A DNA stretch of 34,688 nt from Bacteriovoracaceae bacterium (GTDB taxonomy: Bacteria; Bdellovibrionota; Bacteriovoracia; Bacteriovoracales; Bacteriovoracaceae): positions 1-34,688 of the forward strand of contig JBMYPC010000014.1 of NCBI GenBank assembly GCA_049599895.1, written 5' to 3'. How positions within the stretch are numbered: position 1 is the stretch's first letter; the number at the start of each line of letters is the position of its first letter. The notes beneath the pieces were generated by a model that saw only the letters and a program-made list of their open reading frames with translations, did not search any database and was not told where the DNA came from. Below are positions 18,424-27,383 of this stretch, in pieces. The position numbers were made by a program, and so were the translations under genes.

Positions 18424-20478
18424 TTAAGATTCCCAGGGAGGGGTTTTGCCAATGACCTTCTTTATAAATGGAGAATCTTTTAACTCCTTATCGATATGTC
18501 CTGTCGATAGTATTATGTGATGGTACCCTTTTCGAAAAAGCTGCTCCGCGATCTCAAGGCCTCTCGTATCATCACCAAGTTCCTGGTCGATATAGAAGAT
18601 ACTATCAAAAGGAATAGTCGAAAGTTTTGGTTCAAGCTCTTGAAAACGGGAGAAGCTTAAGAGATTGATGCTTTGTTTTTTTGCTTGAGCTTTCCATGTT
18701 AGTATGACTAGAGGATCATCATCTAAGTGGACTATAAGCTTATTTTTATGATTACTCAGGGGAACACTTTTCACGGAAACATCCATAATCATATTTTTGG
18801 GAATCATCTTCAATCCCATTTCTATACACTTTTTTTGAATTTCTTCGTCTTCAAAGTGGGATGTTACTAGGACTGATTTCTTTGCAACTTGAAACTTCTG
18901 AATAAGGTCAAGTCCTGATTCATTAAATCCATTTAATTCGAAATCTGAAAGGAGAAGGAAATTGTCAGATGTCAAGCTTAAGACTTTTTCAAGTTCTTCG
19001 GGGGTGGAAATATGTACTTTTTTATTTGAAATTGACTTAAGTTTTTCAGCCCAAACTTTATGAATCGTATTCTCGTCATCGAGAATAATGACTTGAGTAT
19101 CATTGTCTAACTTTAGAGACGAAATAAACCACTTGGGTGGAAGTGCTAAAGGCAATTGTATTCTTATAGAAGTGCCCCATTTTGGGCTTGAGTTGATAGT
19201 TAGCTTACCAGAAATAGAGTTAATGTATTGGCTTGCTGAAGATAAGCCGATACCATTTCCCATAGGTTTACCATAAGTTATTTCTTTACCCTCTTTGATT
19301 TTTGTTAAAACATCATATGGTATGCCATGACCATTATCTTGAACCTCAATAACTGCCCAAGGGGATTCTGAGTATGCTTTAATTTCAATTTGTCCGTCTT
19401 TTCCGGAGATAGCTTCTGCTGAATTGTTTATAATGTTAGAGAGGACTCTTTTAAATTCGATTGGATCTAGTTTTGCAAACAGATTGTAAGAATCTTTTTC
19501 TTGGTGCAATGAAATCGTTAGGTTTAGAAAGTTTCGAAATTGAATTCTTTTTTCTGTTAACAAGCTTTCAATAAGAGGTTTTAAAGCGACGGTTCCGTTT
19601 GTTTGGGGATGAGGCCTTTCATTTTCCAAAAGGTTGTTTGCGATATCTTGTATTCTTGTTGTTGCTTCGATTATGAGAGTTTTTTTATCTGATGTAATGC
19701 CTTCCAAATCTTTTGATACCATCTCTAGTGCCGATACTGGAGAGCGAATGTCATGAGCTACACGTTTCGCTATTGTAGTTAAAGCTTTATCTTCAGTTAT
19801 TTTGATGAGGTCCTTTTTGTAATGGTCAATTCTTTTTATTGCAGAGTCAAAACCATTGAATATCGAACTAACTTCAGAGTAAGAGGTATGATCTTTAAGC
19901 TTATATAAGTCGATGACTTCAATATCTGATTTTTCAAGGGTCTCAGCAAGATAAGTAATTGATTTTGAGACGTTCTTTCCGATCATCCTTATGAGCAGGA
20001 CTTGAACAATGGATAATATAATTAGCGAAAGAAATAATAAACTGATTATTTTTAATATAGCACTTTGGAAGAAACTTAGAGAGTAGGCAATTTCTATTCT
20101 CGCTGCAATGTTCTCTTTGTTTTCATCGAAGAAGATTTTAGATGAAATTCTGAATATATTGTCTGTGTCACCTGTTTTTGAGAAATTGCATATTATAGTA
20201 CCATCCTCTCTTAGGATGTTTACTAAAAGAATGTCGCTATCTTGAAAAACGGCTTTGCATTTTCTGTAAACTTCGCTGTCCCTCCCAATTAACACATCAT
20301 TTAAAACACTTTCTTGAAAAAGGTTGTGAAAGTTTTGAAGTTGAGATCTGAAATGAGATTGAATCTGATTGTTGAGTATTAAATAACAAAGTAATGAAAA
20401 AAGAATGAATACCAAAATGTTCACAAGGTAAGTTGGAATTAGGAATGCTTGCCGGATACTAAGCTTTTTAATTTTCAA
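18424..20478 (-). CDS. Hybrid sensor histidine kinase B (paralog of kinase A)
   Basis: RVAHDIRSP, SNIINNSAEA, DNGHGI and GNGIGL motifs; two REC domains; probable TTG start 20478 after AAGGAAG (track start 20523). Confidence 0.93.
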   Translation of the reverse strand: MKIKKLSIRQAFLIPTYLVNILVFILFSLLCYLILNNQIQSHFRSQLQNFHNLFQESVLNDVLIGRDSEVYRKCKAVFQDSDILLVNILREDGTIICNFSKTGDTDNIFRISSKIFFDENKENIAARIEIAYSLSFFQSAILKIISLLFLSLIILSIVQVLLIRMIGKNVSKSITYLAETLEKSDIEVIDLYKLKDHTSYSEVSSIFNGFDSAIKRIDHYKKDLIKITEDKALTTIAKRVAHDIRSPVSALEMVSKDLEGITSDKKTLIIEATTRIQDIANNLLENERPHPQTNGTVALKPLIESLLTEKRIQFRNFLNLTISLHQEKDSYNLFAKLDPIEFKRVLSNIINNSAEAISGKDGQIEIKAYSESPWAVIEVQDNGHGIPYDVLTKIKEGKEITYGKPMGNGIGLSSASQYINSISGKLTINSSPKWGTSIRIQLPLALPPKWFISSLKLDNDTQVIILDDENTIHKVWAEKLKSISNKKVHISTPEELEKVLSLTSDNFLLLSDFELNGFNESGLDLIQKFQVAKKSVLVTSHFEDEEIQKKCIEMGLKMIPKNMIMDVSVKSVPLSNHKNKLIVHLDDDPLVILTWKAQAKKQSINLLSFSRFQELEPKLSTIPFDSIFYIDQELGDDTRGLEIAEQLFRKGYHHIILSTGHIDKELKDSPFIKKVIGKTPPWES

Positions 20479-22003
20479 CTTCCTTTTTAGTAGACCACAA
20501 TATTTTCCATAATTCACTTTCATATCGAAAATTCGTTTCAGGAATTGTTATTGCTTTTCTATGTATAACAGGAACGTTTATTCGATAAAGAGGGATAATA
20601 AACCATTGATCTTCAAATTCTCTAAACGCTGAGGAGTAAAGGTTAAGTCTCATTGACTGATCAGTGGTAAATCGAATGTCGTTGATCTTTTCAAAAAAAT
20701 GATTGTTAGGAAAAACTCCATATCTTAGTGGCGATGTTGGTTTTATAATGTCAATAAAGCCATCAGGGTCGGGGAAGTTCCCAAAGTATCGACCACCTAT
20801 AATATCATAGTTGTTATTAGCCATATGCTTTACTAGTGTGTTTGGGGTCGCTTTTATCAAATTGATTTCAGCCCCAAGTTTATGAAAAATTTCTGTGATA
20901 GAATCAAAGAAAGAGTCAGTGAAAACGCTCTTCATCAATACGATGTTGATTTTCTTATGGCTGAGGGATCGACCCCACCTCTTTTTTACCTCATTAATTG
21001 ATGTGACGTACTTTTCTCTTTTATAGTATTTTAATGGCATCACTCCTTTTGGAAGAAAAGTGGGGGAGATTTCGTGCAGAAACGACTTATTGCTAGAGAA
21101 TCTTGCTTCTTGCATTATTAAGGAGGCAATATCTTTGCGAATTTCTTTTTTCAAGAACAGTTTTGAGGTGGCGTTGAAGTACATGTGAGCGATCGCTAAA
21201 GAGCGAGATTTTGTGATCAAGGTGTTTTTGGGGAGGGAGAGATTTTCCAATTCAGACAAAGGTAGTCCGAGAGCAATATCTAACAGACCTTTTTTGAATA
21301 GTTGAAATGCTTTTCTTGTTGTTTCAATAGACCTAACTGATATTGAATTCAGTTCTGGCAAGTTGCCTTTATAAAGTTCATTTTTATTGAATTCCCACCG
21401 CTTTGATTTTGAGTTGAAGTTGTTTGTCATTGGTCCTGAGAAACGATGATCTTCCTTTGATAAAATAGCAAAACCAGGCATAGATAGAACATGTAAAAAA
21501 GGGGGGTATGGTTTGATTAGTTTAATACTTAATTTTGTAGGAGAAAGAACTTGAATAGATTTGTGAATTTTACCCTTTTTAATGGTTTTATCTTCTGCAA
21601 GTAATGGTTTTAGATAACCAGCGACCATAGAGTTATGCCAGAAGTGTCTAGAAATACTGATTGCGACATCTTTAGCTGTCACTCTTTTTTTTAGATGATG
21701 AAAGAAGGCATCTTTTACGATTTCGAACTCGTAGACTGAGCCATTTTCTTTAATCTTCCATTTCTTCGCGAGATCTCCAACAATTGTACCTTTTTCAGAG
21801 ATTCGAACAAGTGTTTGGCTGGTGCATTGAAGTAGTAAAAAGTGTTCCATAAAGGCAAGTTTTGTGGGATCTAACGTTTTTGGTAGATGGGTGATTCCAA
21901 CTTCAAGCATAGAGTTTTCTTTTCTGAGGTTAACTTTTTCAAGTGCCTGAAGAGAAGTGAAACCAAAAAGTACAAACATAATGATAAAATTATAGAAGCT
22001 CAT
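20468..22003 (-). CDS. Family-5 (OppA/DppA-like) peptide-binding protein; no permease nearby
   Basis: Signal peptide; TLDP, TLVR, GDLAKKW, VTAKDV and IIPLY motifs. Confidence 0.88.
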   Translation of the reverse strand: MSFYNFIIMFVLFGFTSLQALEKVNLRKENSMLEVGITHLPKTLDPTKLAFMEHFLLLQCTSQTLVRISEKGTIVGDLAKKWKIKENGSVYEFEIVKDAFFHHLKKRVTAKDVAISISRHFWHNSMVAGYLKPLLAEDKTIKKGKIHKSIQVLSPTKLSIKLIKPYPPFLHVLSMPGFAILSKEDHRFSGPMTNNFNSKSKRWEFNKNELYKGNLPELNSISVRSIETTRKAFQLFKKGLLDIALGLPLSELENLSLPKNTLITKSRSLAIAHMYFNATSKLFLKKEIRKDIASLIMQEARFSSNKSFLHEISPTFLPKGVMPLKYYKREKYVTSINEVKKRWGRSLSHKKINIVLMKSVFTDSFFDSITEIFHKLGAEINLIKATPNTLVKHMANNNYDIIGGRYFGNFPDPDGFIDIIKPTSPLRYGVFPNNHFFEKINDIRFTTDQSMRLNLYSSAFREFEDQWFIIPLYRINVPVIHRKAITIPETNFRYESELWKILWSTKKEVEN

Positions 22004-23152
22004 TATAATATCTTTTTTCCTAGAGGATTCTTATTATTATATGTGGTTATTAGGATATCTCTATCCAGATAAACCTTAGTAGCTTTATACTTAGAAGAGG
22101 ATAAATAGCTTAATGCTTTAGAAGGAATCAATGACAGGAGTTGAATTACCCCATGAGATCTAAGTTTTGCAAGTCTTTCAACTCGAGATGTGTTGCAAGT
22201 GAAAAAAGTATCTTTCTTAAAGTTTTCTGGAAATATAAGTGACAAATTGCTTATGTCTGAAACTTCTTTCTTAGTTTTGAAATCTGGTGTTTCAAATTGA
22301 TAAACTTTTTTATCTCTTAAAAAACGAAAAAAAATAGGGAATATCTCCTCGAGACAGTTGTTCAACCTCAAAAGGCATAAATGTTGAAAAGTTATTGTTA
22401 AGAACTGCATCTCTATAGCTCTTTGTTTCTCGAATAATTACCCTAATTGGACAATTCTCAATATCTTGAAGGCTGTTTAAAGTTTGGTATATCTGCAATT
22501 CATAATCATTTAAAGTTTCAATACTTGATACGTAACCATGAGTCATTGCACATACAGCCTCAGTAGTGAAATCTAAGTCTGAAATTTCGTTGAGGCACTG
22601 AAGCCCGAAATTATTAAAGGTTTTTTGGGAGTCGGGGATCAAGCGTGTTTGAGACGGTAAGATGTAATCATTGAAAATCGATTCTATATCGAGAGGAAAA
22701 ACTACTAATGAATCTTTTGAGTTTGAAATAATAATATTTTCAAGGTGAAGGTCTCCAATTCCGAACCACGACAACAAAGCAACGATAGCGCCGAGGGATT
22801 CGTATTGGCTTAAAGGAACATCAGTAGAAAAAGTAGATTCGAGAGGTAAATATGTTAATGACCCTGAATAGATTTCATCCCCTGAGAAGGTGACTTCCAA
22901 ATCTGGGATAGATTGAAATGGAGAGGTTTTATTAGAATTTTTAAATATTTCGTTTATGTAGATTCGAAGTGGGCTTTTACCAGAAAGAAAAAGATATTCC
23001 CAGAAAACTGATCTCGGCTTTAAAATTTGATCAGGTCCTTGTCTAGTTACTTGGCGACCGAAGTTGTGACGGTCGCCAAAAGTTTTTTGCAAATTGTTAG
23101 GCAGCTTAGATTGTATCAACTCCAACAACCTCTTCTTTTTCAACTTCTTCAA
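22003..23152 (-). pseudogene. Stand-alone LanM-type dehydratase domain (DUF4135), split by a 1-nt frameshift (or sequencing error) at A8 22327-22334
   Basis: GDRHNFGRQV, LKPRS, GIGDLHLENII, PLDIESIF, RVIIRETKSY and QLSRGDIPYFF motifs; removing one base joins ORF 22003..22410. No LanC cyclase domain. Confidence 0.82.
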
Positions 23153-23174
23153 TTTCTACAATTGTTACGTTCAT
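23106..23174 (-). CDS. 22-aa putative RiPP precursor MNVTIVEIEEVEKEEVVGVDTI
   Basis: Not in the ORF track; AAGGAGA RBS; first ORF of the operon, overlapping the DUF4135 start; acidic leader-like stretch followed by GVDTI. Confidence 0.65.
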   Translation of the reverse strand: MNVTIVEIEEVEKEEVVGVDTI

Positions 23175-23226
23175 GATACATTCTCCTTGATGTGATTATT
23201 TGGACTAATAAAAGCCAAGTGATGTC

Positions 23227-23254
23227 ATTTTATGTAAAGCAAGATGATAGTCAA
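23227..23254 (-). promoter_or_regulatory. Putative sigma-70 promoter of cassette B
   Basis: Minus strand TTGACT-N16-TAAAAT upstream of the peptide RBS. Confidence 0.45.
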
Positions 23255-23343
23255 GGTAAATATAATTAATTGAAATTTTTAGTGTTTTGTTAATGAAACG
23301 ATAGTGTTTTAGAACTGAAACGGGGATAGGAAAACAACACGTT

Positions 23344-24501
23344 ATGAAAGCGTATTTAAACAATTTTTCTCTTCAAGTAATAATATCCACGCTACCAAAT
23401 AGTATTATCGTAGTGTTCATCCCTCTCTTCCTTGAACACTTAGGCATTCAAGGGGTTTATCTTGGGTTAGCCTTTACGAGTGTTAGATTATTGTCAATTC
23501 TAGGGGGGCTCTCAACTCCATACTTCTTAAGGCGATTTCCTCCAAGTTCGGTTTCATTTGGAGCAGAAGTCCTTAATTTTGGACTCATTGTTGTTGCGAT
23601 TCTGGCACTTCATAATACTTTCGGTGCTCTTTTTTTTATTGCAATAATATTAAAGGGATCTTCAATAGGGTTAATTAATACTACTAGGTTCTATTGGCTG
23701 AAGAATCTCGAAGATAAAACCTTATCTAAAAGAATTTTCATTGCAGTGAACTCAATCTATCAGTCTACATATGGCCTTGCTGGAGTTCTTTATCTTTATC
23801 TAAGTGAATGCGAAAATATTCTTTATTATCTCTTGTATATCGATGCTTTTTCGTCACTTTTAGGAGCTTTTCTATTTTATTCCTTAAGATCATTTAACGT
23901 AAGAGAACAAGAAGTTAACTCTAGCGTTTCAAAGTTTTTTGAAATTTTTCGATTTCCATTTGCCTACCTTACTTTAATGGATTTTACCTTTGCCCTGGCA
24001 ATGGGAGGGATTAATGTGTTGTTAGTGAAATATGGGAGCGTTTATCTTGAAAACTTTGGAGGGTATGGAGGAGCCCTCTTAATTTATGGGATATTTTATT
24101 TTCTTGGAGGTGTTTTTATTAATAAAAATAAAAATGATCAATTCTATGACCGGTTATTCAGGTCCCCATATATATCTTTAGGACTATTGTTAGGGTTTTC
24201 TCTTCTTGCAATTGGTAGTGATAGAGTCTTCTTTTCTATTTTGGGGTTAGTATTAATCTTTTTTTTAGGGCCAGTTTATTCTCTTGTAATTCAATCGAAA
24301 TGGTTGGACTTGAGCCCAGGGGCGGAGGCTTCCCAATATTTTGCTTCGAGGACATTTTTAGTTCAAGTTGTAATGGCTGTTGGTGAATCTTTGTATGCTG
24401 CTTTAAGCAAAGACATATATATAAGAATTTTACTTGTTGTGATTTTCTTTCTTTTGAATGTTTTTGTTTCAAAGAAAATAGCATCAACAGAAAGGTCTTA
24501 A
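23344..24501 (+). CDS. Divergent MFS-like transporter
   Basis: 385 aa with about 12 hydrophobic segments in two halves; divergent from the peptide operon. Confidence 0.75.
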   Translation: MKAYLNNFSLQVIISTLPNSIIVVFIPLFLEHLGIQGVYLGLAFTSVRLLSILGGLSTPYFLRRFPPSSVSFGAEVLNFGLIVVAILALHNTFGALFFIAIILKGSSIGLINTTRFYWLKNLEDKTLSKRIFIAVNSIYQSTYGLAGVLYLYLSECENILYYLLYIDAFSSLLGAFLFYSLRSFNVREQEVNSSVSKFFEIFRFPFAYLTLMDFTFALAMGGINVLLVKYGSVYLENFGGYGGALLIYGIFYFLGGVFINKNKNDQFYDRLFRSPYISLGLLLGFSLLAIGSDRVFFSILGLVLIFFLGPVYSLVIQSKWLDLSPGAEASQYFASRTFLVQVVMAVGESLYAALSKDIYIRILLVVIFFLLNVFVSKKIASTERS

Positions 24502-24558
24502 TCATTCTTGTTATTAGAATTAGAAGAGGACGTTTGTTGAATTTGAGTCAAACTTCTA

Positions 24559-26235
24559 TCAAATCAATATTCTATAAGTCATCGATCCTGCTTTCCCAAA
24601 TTTCATATAGATATCTCCCAACCCTTTACCTTGGAGAACCCAAGACAATTTGACCTCATTCGAGTTGGCATCAATAACATTAAACATATTGTTAGAAATG
24701 ATATAGTTTTGAGTTCTGCCTTCGAGATGAGGAATTTCTCTTTTTTGAGGAGAGTTCACAATTTTTAAAGTCTCACTTTCGAATACAACAAAAGGTTGGT
24801 TTCCGACTTTGTTTTTTAGAGAGACCTGGGATCCATAAGTCGGTAGAGCTCCCTTATTTTCTACAATGATATCTAATCTATGTAAGTCCTCATTTATAGC
24901 TTCAACCTTTGTCTCTTTTATATTTAAGATTGGTAATGACAGGGCCAGCTCTATTGTGGAATTTGCATTTTTCTCAACTACTTCTTCTAAGAATTCAGTG
25001 GGAGGATTTGTAAAGATTTTTAAAAACCTCCAGCCTCCGATTTCTACTTCACCAAACTGTGGATGATTAAATTTTGTCCATTCCTTAAAGTATTTTTTGA
25101 TGATTGACTTCTGATCTAGGAATTTCCATATAGCTTGTTGATCACTCTCGCTATATCCATGGAATGCATCCTTTAAGTAATCTTTCTTTTCTAGACCAAC
25201 GACATCCTTTATATTCCATAATTCTGTGCAAAAGGTAAATATTCCTCTATCGCTATAGGCCCACTCTAGAAATGATCCAGTCATTTTGATATTTGGGTGA
25301 TATTTGAAATCATGATTAATGCTTACACAGTCATAGTTGGTGATCTGTTTTGAGATATCTCCCAGTTTTTTGTAAACGAATAAGTCATGTGGGTCCATCT
25401 CTGAGTCAGGTAAGTTCGCAAAGGGCCTGAGGGTGACTCCTGAGAAAGTGTGAAAGGATTGGAGTGTAAAGATATTTTTGCGTTCAACAATTGCTTCAAC
25501 AACAGTTCTTGTTTCAATTTGATCTAATGGGAACATTCCTGCTCCTGCTGTTTGAGCATCTCCACGCCAATCAGCTGGAAAGTTTCGATTGAAGTCTAGG
25601 CCATGCTGATTACCCTCAGTTATCTTGTGGCCATCATAATTTTCTACTAAACCTTCATTAAGAAGGTTGTAGTAATCTTGATCGTCCTCAAAATCATTTA
25701 AACCTCTGGGCACCATAAGGTTCGGGTTTTGAGTGCTGATCTTCCATCTTCCGTTTGGATCCTTAATCCTCATGGTTAAGGCTTCATTGTCTCCATCTAA
25801 ATCTTTTTCATGAAATCCACTAGGAAAAGGGACGTCAGGGTAGCCTTTTGGAGATGAACGGATGTACCTTCCAGATTTTAAAACATGCTCCGTCCCGTCT
25901 GGAGAGATTCGAGGAAGTATATAGACTGTATAGTTTGATAAAATAAAGTCGACCTTTTTAGAGCTATTGGGATTTTCGAGTAGCAGGTGTGCTGTATGTA
26001 CTGCTGCTTGTGTCGTTGCAAGTTCCATTGCATGGGTACCTCCATCAATCCATAGGGCGGGTCTCTCATTATGTGGCTTTTTAGACTTATCGTAGATGGT
26101 GAGAAGAAATATCTCTCTCCCTTCTTCTGTTTTTGCTAGAGTTTCAAGGTCGCACTTTTCAGAATATTTTTCATGTAAGTAAGATAGAAGGCTTTTGAGC
26201 TCAGAAAAGTTTAAATACTTATTTGGACAATACAT
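24559..26235 (-). CDS. M14 family zinc carboxypeptidase
   Basis: DGGTHAMEL (HxxE), DFNRNFP, SFHTFSG and FTFCTELW motifs; ATG 26235 after AGGAG (track start 26265). Confidence 0.92.
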   Translation of the reverse strand: MYCPNKYLNFSELKSLLSYLHEKYSEKCDLETLAKTEEGREIFLLTIYDKSKKPHNERPALWIDGGTHAMELATTQAAVHTAHLLLENPNSSKKVDFILSNYTVYILPRISPDGTEHVLKSGRYIRSSPKGYPDVPFPSGFHEKDLDGDNEALTMRIKDPNGRWKISTQNPNLMVPRGLNDFEDDQDYYNLLNEGLVENYDGHKITEGNQHGLDFNRNFPADWRGDAQTAGAGMFPLDQIETRTVVEAIVERKNIFTLQSFHTFSGVTLRPFANLPDSEMDPHDLFVYKKLGDISKQITNYDCVSINHDFKYHPNIKMTGSFLEWAYSDRGIFTFCTELWNIKDVVGLEKKDYLKDAFHGYSESDQQAIWKFLDQKSIIKKYFKEWTKFNHPQFGEVEIGGWRFLKIFTNPPTEFLEEVVEKNANSTIELALSLPILNIKETKVEAINEDLHRLDIIVENKGALPTYGSQVSLKNKVGNQPFVVFESETLKIVNSPQKREIPHLEGRTQNYIISNNMFNVIDANSNEVKLSWVLQGKGLGDIYMKFGKAGSMTYRILI

Positions 26236-26478
26236 AAAAGAAAAGACTCCTGAAAAAGGCGACAATTGATTTTAAGTTGCTGGCACATGAGACTATCGGT
26301 TCTTTGCAATTGGACTTTATTTAACTGCAAGAATAGTTGTTACAAGCAATCTTGAGGAACTAAGTGGCCGAAATTAAAGAGGTCATCTCTCAAATGGTTT
26401 AGATAAGCAATTTCAACAATATAAAGAAATACCCAACCCTGCCGATAAGATAAACACAAGAAATATTAAGGACCATAG

Positions 26479-27243
26479 ATGAAAGTACTTACTCTTATAT
26501 TTGGATTGTTTTTATCACTTAGCACTCAGGCTCAGAATGATCTCGCATACAACTCTGACCCATCTCAAGTTCATGTTGGAGGCAACTGTCCTGAGTGCTT
26601 GCGCCAAAGACAAGAGAACCAAACCCCAGACCAAGGAAATCAACTAGGAAGTCTTTTGGCTGCTGTTTCAGATATTGGTGACAATGCGGGGGTTGCACCT
26701 AAAAGAGATCCTGCCCAGGTTGATGCTGGAAGCAACTCTTCAATTTGCATTCAATTTGAAGCTGATAATCCTGAGAAGTTTCTTGAAAAGGTTAAGGAGA
26801 CGGGACTACCTATTGAGGAGGCTTATTTTGAGATTGGTTGCCAATACAGCAACTATGCGTTGAACTATGAACTCATTCGCCTTGCGATTATGGAAATTAA
26901 TCACATGTTTGATTCTCTCGTCGCTCTCTTAAAAGAATTTAGAAGAGAATTGAATAATGACAGAAGCGTAGATACCCCAAAAGAAAAAGAAATTAGAACC
27001 ATTTTATCTTGCGCTCTTACTCAAGTAATGAGAGCTAACGGAAGCATTATGCAAGAACTGGATGAAACCATTAGGCTCCAAAAAAGAATCTTAAGTGATC
27101 CAGATTACTATGATGAAGATGGAGCAGGGGCAAAAGCCCTTGATAGAATGGAAAAGCTCAAGAGAGTCTTTCACAAGCATACAAGCACTTACCCTGTAAC
27201 TGAACCAGCAAGCTGTCCAAAGCATTTTGCTGGAGCAAACTAG
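26479..27243 (+). CDS. Secreted hypothetical protein with CPEC motif and several Cys
   Basis: AAGGA RBS; signal peptide ending TQA; 254 aa. Confidence 0.75.
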   Translation: MKVLTLIFGLFLSLSTQAQNDLAYNSDPSQVHVGGNCPECLRQRQENQTPDQGNQLGSLLAAVSDIGDNAGVAPKRDPAQVDAGSNSSICIQFEADNPEKFLEKVKETGLPIEEAYFEIGCQYSNYALNYELIRLAIMEINHMFDSLVALLKEFRRELNNDRSVDTPKEKEIRTILSCALTQVMRANGSIMQELDETIRLQKRILSDPDYYDEDGAGAKALDRMEKLKRVFHKHTSTYPVTEPASCPKHFAGAN

Positions 27244-27285
27244 GCTTTATTAAGACCACATTTTATCTCTGCCAAGCTAATGGGG

Positions 27286-27300
27286 CACGTACCTATTTTC
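27286..27300. repeat. 15-bp repeat CACGTACCTATTTTC (REP-like), also at 30201-30215
   Basis: Exact match between two intergenic sites. Confidence 0.7.
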
Positions 27301-27383
27301 TTAGGTATGGGAATGGACAAAAGAGCATGTCACTTTTATTTTACTTTTATTAAGACCCGATAACTTTTCGCGCGGAGGTTCGG

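Noticed and set aside
22003..23174. Classical class II lanthipeptide cluster
   Set aside because: No LanC-like cyclase, no Cys in the peptide and no LanT peptidase-transporter.
26281..26309. TGGCAC as a sigma-54 promoter
   Set aside because: No GC at the required GG-N10-GC spacing.
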